Source: Pseudomonadales bacterium
GTDB lineage: Bacteria; Pseudomonadota; Gammaproteobacteria; Pseudomonadales; IMCC2047
Assembly (NCBI GenBank): GCA_965230515.1
Contig: OZ246007.1
Location: 391,337 to 455,336 of the forward strand
DNA length: 64,000 nucleotides
Direction of reading: 5' to 3'
In this document: positions 59,304 through 64,000 of the stretch, one piece after another
Layout: every line of letters starts with the position of its first letter
Position numbering within the stretch: the first letter of the stretch is position 1
The notes under the pieces: generated by a model
The model's database searches: none
What the model saw: the letters and a program-made list of their open reading frames with translations, nothing else
Told to the model about the DNA's origin: nothing
Made by a program: the position numbers and the translations under genes

Positions 59304-60518
59304 TTAAAAACCAAATTGTGAAAAGGGCATAAAAGAGAGTCGGTCTCCAGGCTTAATGTCAATTTGCTCTTCTGAAAGCTCCACCAGGCCGTCTGCCTCT
59401 ACCATGGAGGTAAGTACACCCGAACCCTGTTTCGGGTGTTTATCAACACTAACAACACCTTTTTCCCCCGCCACCAATCGCGCCCGAACCCACTCTCTCC
59501 TTCCTGTTTTTTTGCGCATAGAGAAGGCTGATGGCAGATCCAGGTATTTTGGCTCTGGCCAATTCTGTCCAGAAAATGTTGCAAGCAGCGGATAGGCAAA
59601 ACGTAAAAAACATACGGCTGTGGCCACCGGATTGCCCGGAAACCCGATAAACTGTTTATCGTACAGTTTACCAAATGCCAGGGGTCGACCCGGTTTAATC
59701 GCCAGCCGCCAGAATCCCACATCACCCACTTCTTTTAGTATATCTGCGATGTGATCAGCATCACCCGTGGATACGCCTCCCGAAGTGATAATAACCTGGT
59801 GTTGCCTGGCGGCATTTTCAAGCGCATCGCCAATTGTTTGTTTGTCGTCTTTCAGGATGCCCAGATCAGTGGTGTGACAACCCATATTATTTAGCAACGC
59901 CTGCAACATGTAACGGTTAACGTCGTATACTCCATCTGCCGCGAGAGGATCACCCGGTTCTATGATTTCATCACCGGTAGAAAAAACCGCAACCTTTAAA
60001 GGGCAGTACACGCTAACCTCAGAATAACCGAACGCTGCCAACATCCCGGTATCAAACGGTGACAATCGCTCTCCCGCCTTGTACAGTGGCTGGTCTTTCC
60101 TTACATCCTCGCCCCGTTTGCGATAATTGATACCCTGATCAACACCCTCAGGCAGCACAATCTCCTTTTCAGAGGCCAGCTTGACATCTTCCTGCATCAC
60201 TACTGTATCCGCACCGTCGGGAATTTTTGCACCGGTAAAAATCCTTGCTACCGTTCCCGGCGCAAGTGCATGATCGGTCATTCGTCCTGCTCTAATGTAT
60301 TCAGATACCGGAAGTGCTGAACCAGCGGCGGCCTTATAATCGATGTACGCGAAGGCATAGCCATCGACAGCGGCATTATCGAAACCCGGAACATCCCTTG
60401 TACCCACGATCTCTTCGGCCAAAACCCTGCCCGCCGCATCCTTCAGTGGCACCTTTTGTTTTGCGACCTTCACCACTGCTGACCGCTTTAACTCAGTAAT
60501 AGCGGCCTCTGCTGACAT
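59304..60518 (-). CDS. moeA: Molybdopterin molybdotransferase MoeA
   Basis: It has the motifs AVDGYAF, GEDV and SGGVSTGDADH. The start is chosen at MSAEAAITEL, giving ~404 aa. The alternative ATG at 60623 would overlap mobB by 23 nt. Confidence 0.88.
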   Translation of the reverse strand: MSAEAAITELKRSAVVKVAKQKVPLKDAAGRVLAEEIVGTRDVPGFDNAAVDGYAFAYIDYKAAAGSALPVSEYIRAGRMTDHALAPGTVARIFTGAKIPDGADTVVMQEDVKLASEKEIVLPEGVDQGINYRKRGEDVRKDQPLYKAGERLSPFDTGMLAAFGYSEVSVYCPLKVAVFSTGDEIIEPGDPLAADGVYDVNRYMLQALLNNMGCHTTDLGILKDDKQTIGDALENAARQHQVIITSGGVSTGDADHIADILKEVGDVGFWRLAIKPGRPLAFGKLYDKQFIGFPGNPVATAVCFLRFAYPLLATFSGQNWPEPKYLDLPSAFSMRKKTGRREWVRARLVAGEKGVVSVDKHPKQGSGVLTSMVEADGLVELSEEQIDIKPGDRLSFMPFSQFGF

Positions 60519-60600
60519 CAATTCATCTTTAGGCTTAATACAATCGTTTACAATTTTCGTCACTGAACTATGAATCTCCTGTCTGTCATCTGATGAGGCT

Positions 60601-61122
60601 TCACGAATCTTCTCTGCTAACATGTTGCCAGATAAATTCGGCTATTTGCTGTGTATCATTCAGGTTCAGAACCGGGCAATCGCGGCCATAATCGGTCGCT
60701 GTAATGGGCTGGTCGGTCGCAAATGCAACAATACCTGGAATGTTATCCGGCATTGGACGGTTTGATTTTTCCTCGGAAGGTCTTATCACCTGAATTTTAG
60801 GGTGCCCCTCAACCTTATATCCCTCGACCAGCACAATGTCAGCGGCACTAAATTTAGCCAGCAGTTCCTGCAAAGCCGGTTCGTTCTCCGCTTCCGTTTC
60901 ATGGATCATTGCCCAACGACGATTTGAAACAACAACCACTTCTGTTGCGCCGGCTTTACGATGTCGGTAACTATCCGTCCCCGGCACGTCGATATCAAAA
61001 TCATGATGAGCGTGTTTAATGGTTGCTACTTTTTTTCCCTGCCCGGCAAAATGTTCTACCAGCCTAACTACCAGGCCGGTTTTCCCTGAGTTTTTCCAAC
61101 CGGTTATTCCAAATACGTACAT
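60601..61122 (-). CDS. mobB: Molybdopterin-guanine dinucleotide biosynthesis adaptor MobB
   Basis: It has the P-loop GITGWKNSGKT followed by IKHAHH. The start is chosen at MYVFGITGW. Confidence 0.88.
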   Translation of the reverse strand: MYVFGITGWKNSGKTGLVVRLVEHFAGQGKKVATIKHAHHDFDIDVPGTDSYRHRKAGATEVVVVSNRRWAMIHETEAENEPALQELLAKFSAADIVLVEGYKVEGHPKIQVIRPSEEKSNRPMPDNIPGIVAFATDQPITATDYGRDCPVLNLNDTQQIAEFIWQHVSREDS

Positions 61123-61124
61123 GA

Positions 61125-61811
61125 CTATTTTCCACAAATCGGCAATTTATGGCTTTGCAGCCACCTATAGAACAGCACAGGCAAAGCTGCCAACAACAGT
61201 ATCAGCCCCAACAACAAGGTGGCAGGCTCTTCGGAGCTTCGAAATTGTTGAGGACTGATCAGATAATCAAACATCGTGCAAAGCAGCGCTAACCCACCCA
61301 ACTCTGCAAGCACCCGGCCGTAAGTCACTGTCACCAAGCGTAGTAATTTGCCCCGAGCTTTCCAAAACAGTGTTGGTAATGCCTGTTGGGCATTCATTCG
61401 CCAGAATCGCAGTTGAGGTTTGAACTGTTTCCACTCTTTCTCTATGGTCTTCTGCGCCCCGATAATAACGGCGGGCATCACAAAGAGGACCTGTACCGTG
61501 ACAAGCAGTGCGGGGTTTTCCAACAGGCCTGCCACGCCATTGGGGCTAATCAGGCAGATGGCCAGATAAGCCAGCAGTGCAATAAAAATTTCGGTTTTAC
61601 CGGACACGGCGTTCAGGTAGTCGGTAATCCGGTACTTCGCATCAAAGCGTTTAACGGCGATCACACCACCCAGCGAGAACCCCAGAAAGGTTACCAGCAC
61701 AAACGAAACAAGACTGACGATCAATGAGAGATATAACAATGTCCAAATATCAGAACCTGCGCTAAACGCGCCTGGCAGATTCTCGAACCATGCCACGATA
61801 CCTGAATGCAT
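61125..61811 (-). CDS. ABC-transporter permease-like membrane protein (TupB/COG4662-like)
   Basis: It has five or six TM helices and a layout resembling tungstate/oxyanion ABC permeases (LSLIVSLVSFVLVTFLGFSLGG...GRVLAELGGLALL). It has an ATGA overlap with the mobA stop and ends 2 nt before the mobB start. Confidence 0.45.
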   Translation of the reverse strand: MHSGIVAWFENLPGAFSAGSDIWTLLYLSLIVSLVSFVLVTFLGFSLGGVIAVKRFDAKYRITDYLNAVSGKTEIFIALLAYLAICLISPNGVAGLLENPALLVTVQVLFVMPAVIIGAQKTIEKEWKQFKPQLRFWRMNAQQALPTLFWKARGKLLRLVTVTYGRVLAELGGLALLCTMFDYLISPQQFRSSEEPATLLLGLILLLAALPVLFYRWLQSHKLPICGK

Positions 61812-62428
61812 CAGATTATCTCCCTGGCCTTCGCCAGGTCATCCGGTGTATTGATATTGAAAAAGGGATCTATTGGCTTGTCCTCATAGCACACTTCAAG
61901 ATAGCGATGGCGCTTCAACCAGGCCCCCATACGCCTCATATCCTGGTCCACGAGCGCGTGGCGCAGATCGTCATATAGACGGATTGGCCAGAGGCCGAAC
62001 ACCGGATGCAACTGCGGCCCACTTTTCGCACAAGCGATGTCTGCTTCTTGCTCCTGTAAAGCAGACTGAAACCTGGCTACAATATCCATCGGAAAAAAAG
62101 GCGTATCACAGGCGAAGCTGGCCACCCATTCACAGTCGGGCTGATTCTCCCTCGCCCAATGCATGCCGGTGAGAATACCTGCAAGCGGACCAGCGAAACC
62201 ATCGATACAATCGGCAACGACCGGGAGTCCATGCTCAGCAAACTGCTCCGCATCTACATTGGCGTTTAAAATCAGACAATCAACCTGAGGTTTAGCCCTT
62301 TCAATAGTGATCTCTAACAGCGTTTTACCGTTTAATTCGATGTCAAACTTATCACCACCGCCCATGCGGCGCGACAGCCCACCGGCCATAATAACACCCA
62401 CAACGGGCAACCCACTGTTCTCTACCAC
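61811..62428 (-). CDS. mobA: Molybdenum cofactor guanylyltransferase MobA
   Basis: It has the GVIMAGGLSRRMGGGDK N-terminal signature. Confidence 0.9.
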   Translation of the reverse strand: MVENSGLPVVGVIMAGGLSRRMGGGDKFDIELNGKTLLEITIERAKPQVDCLILNANVDAEQFAEHGLPVVADCIDGFAGPLAGILTGMHWARENQPDCEWVASFACDTPFFPMDIVARFQSALQEQEADIACAKSGPQLHPVFGLWPIRLYDDLRHALVDQDMRRMGAWLKRHRYLEVCYEDKPIDPFFNINTPDDLAKAREII

Positions 62429-62438
62429 TTACCACTCC

Positions 62439-64000
62439 TCATTCCACGTGTTTATCTATTTTAGCTGCACAGTATTTAAATTCAGGGATTTTACCAAAAG
62501 GATCAAGCTTGGGGTTGGTTAGAAAATTAGCGGCACTCTCCGAGAAACAAAACGGCATAAACAGACAACCCTCTGCGACATCAGGATCCTGCCTGACCAT
62601 AACCACCACACTTCCCCTTCGGCTTGAAACCTTAACCCGGTCACCTGCATGTATCCCGTAATTCCGCATATCCCGGGAGTTCATGGTAATGATGGCCTCC
62701 GGCTCCAGCGAATCAAGAGCATCTGACCGACGAGTCATGGATCCGGTATGCCAGTGCTCCAGCAAACGACCGGTAGAGAGTATCAGCGGATACTCCTGAT
62801 CGGGTTGCTCGTCCGGCGGGACGATCGCTGCCGGCACAATCGTCGCTTTGCCGCTCTCCGTCGGAAAGCGATCACCAAAGACCACATCCTGGCCTGGCTG
62901 ATCCGGCGCCGGGCACGGGTACATGACGCTGTTTTCTCTAACCAGTCGCTCCCAACTGATATTGGAAAGCGACGGCATCGCGAGGTGCATCTCCTCAAAA
63001 ACAGCCTGTGGACCGGCATATTGCCAGTCCAGCCCGATCCGCTGCGCCATTTGCTGAATGATCCACCAGTCCTGCCGCGCTTCTCCCGGTAAGGGTAAAG
63101 CCTTTCTGCCCAGCTGTACCTGTCGGTTGGTATTAGTCACCGTGCCTTCCTTCTCGGGCCAGGCCGAGGCCGGCAGAATTACATCGGCATAAAGCGCTGT
63201 TTCTGTCAGGAAAAGGTCCTGCACAACCAGATGCTCAAGTCCCGCAAGTGATTCACGCGCATGATTAATATCAGGATCCGACATGGCCGGGTTTTCACCC
63301 ATAATATACATCCCTTTTATCGATCCTTCTGCAATGGCGTCCATAATCTCCACCACCGTCAGCCCTGGTTCAGGATCCAGCCGGGTATTCCACAGCCGTT
63401 CAAACTCGGCGGTAACGGCACCCTCTCCAACGTGCTTGTAATCGGGATACATCATAGGAATGAGCCCGGCATCTGAGGCACCCTGGACATTGTTTTGACC
63501 TCGCAACGGGTGCAACCCTGTGCCCGGACGCCCGATCTGCCCGGTCATCAGCGCTAACGAGATCATACAACGCACGTTATCCGTGCCATGAACATGTTGT
63601 GAGACGCCCATACCCCAGAAAATAATGGCTGATTTTGCATTGGCATACAGACGGGCCACTTCACGAATGGTTTCGGCGTCAATACCACAAATCGGCTCCA
63701 TAGCCTCCGGACTGTAGGCGTTGAGATGTTCTTTTAGCTGTTCAAAGCCCAGCGTCATGCGTTCCAGGTAATCTTCCTTGAACAGTCCCTCCTCGACAAT
63801 CACATGCATCATGGCGTTAAACAGACTAACGTCACTGCCAGGATTGAACTGCAGCATGTGCGTGGCATAGGGTTTGAGCACCTGCCCTCGTGGATCAATA
63901 ATGATCAGCTTGGCACCACGTTTGACTGCCCGTTTAAAAAACGTTGCCGCAACCGGATGGTTGGATGCGGGATTGCAACCTGCAACCACGATAACTTCGG
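62439..64000 (-). CDS. Formate dehydrogenase alpha-type molybdopterin oxidoreductase (5' end outside the window)
   Basis: It has GLHPLRGQNNVQGASD and a C-terminal molybdopterin dinucleotide-binding domain. The reading frame stays open to the window edge, so the Met at 63989 is not the true start. Confidence 0.8.
   Translation of the reverse strand, partial: EVIVVAGCNPASNHPVAATFFKRAVKRGAKLIIIDPRGQVLKPYATHMLQFNPGSDVSLFNAMMHVIVEEGLFKEDYLERMTLGFEQLKEHLNAYSPEAMEPICGIDAETIREVARLYANAKSAIIFWGMGVSQHVHGTDNVRCMISLALMTGQIGRPGTGLHPLRGQNNVQGASDAGLIPMMYPDYKHVGEGAVTAEFERLWNTRLDPEPGLTVVEIMDAIAEGSIKGMYIMGENPAMSDPDINHARESLAGLEHLVVQDLFLTETALYADVILPASAWPEKEGTVTNTNRQVQLGRKALPLPGEARQDWWIIQQMAQRIGLDWQYAGPQAVFEEMHLAMPSLSNISWERLVRENSVMYPCPAPDQPGQDVVFGDRFPTESGKATIVPAAIVPPDEQPDQEYPLILSTGRLLEHWHTGSMTRRSDALDSLEPEAIITMNSRDMRNYGIHAGDRVKVSSRRGSVVVMVRQDPDVAEGCLFMPFCFSESAANFLTNPKLDPFGKIPEFKYCAAKIDKHVE

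Overview
This is a chromosomal segment that looks gammaproteobacterial (marine Oceanospirillales-like by gene content; this placement is inference only). It is roughly 47% GC by eye and densely coded. I found no rRNA genes, tRNA genes or CRISPR arrays. Main blocks, in order: (1) A complete clade-I nitrous-oxide reductase cluster nosRZDFYL on the minus strand (2.5-10.5 kb), with an FNR/DNR-type box upstream of nosR. (2) Directly beyond that box, a REP-associated tyrosine transposase (RayT-like) bracketed by a perfect 26-bp inverted repeat. (3) Housekeeping and accessory genes: a phosphoribosyltransferase, an atypical TonB-like protein, ggt, thrH, cysB with a divergent TauE-family gene, usp, a methyltransferase/DUF3465 pair, an acyl-AMP ligase, an orphan exbD, and an AddB/AddA-like nuclease-helicase pair. 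(4) DAHP synthase, cpdA and xthA, then etfBA with divergent ETF-QO, then acnB. (5) A pair encoding a membrane-anchored tri-haem cytochrome and an NHL-like membrane protein, followed by a GST, an EamA remnant and an AI-2E transporter. (6) A four-gene block: VWA protein, class-II amidotransferase, MoxR AAA+ ATPase, CoxE-type VWA protein. The large VWA protein carries a 10-unit 18-bp in-frame tandem repeat encoding (EEAEPE)n. (7) gpsA, an orphan ParA, amtB without glnK, and MOSC and DUF1244 genes. (8) A molybdenum-cofactor operon (moeA-mobB-permease-mobA) downstream of a truncated formate-dehydrogenase-type molybdoenzyme gene. The observations most worth follow-up are: a ~185-bp structured intergenic repeat present twice that carries canonical G-quadruplex/telomere-like tracts; the VWA/amidotransferase/MoxR/VWA block; the cytochrome-c-prime-like tri-haem protein with its partner; the TonB-like protein with a duplicated cytoplasmic module; and the TupB-like permease translationally coupled inside the mob operon. 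All functional calls come from motif and family recognition by eye. No database search was run.
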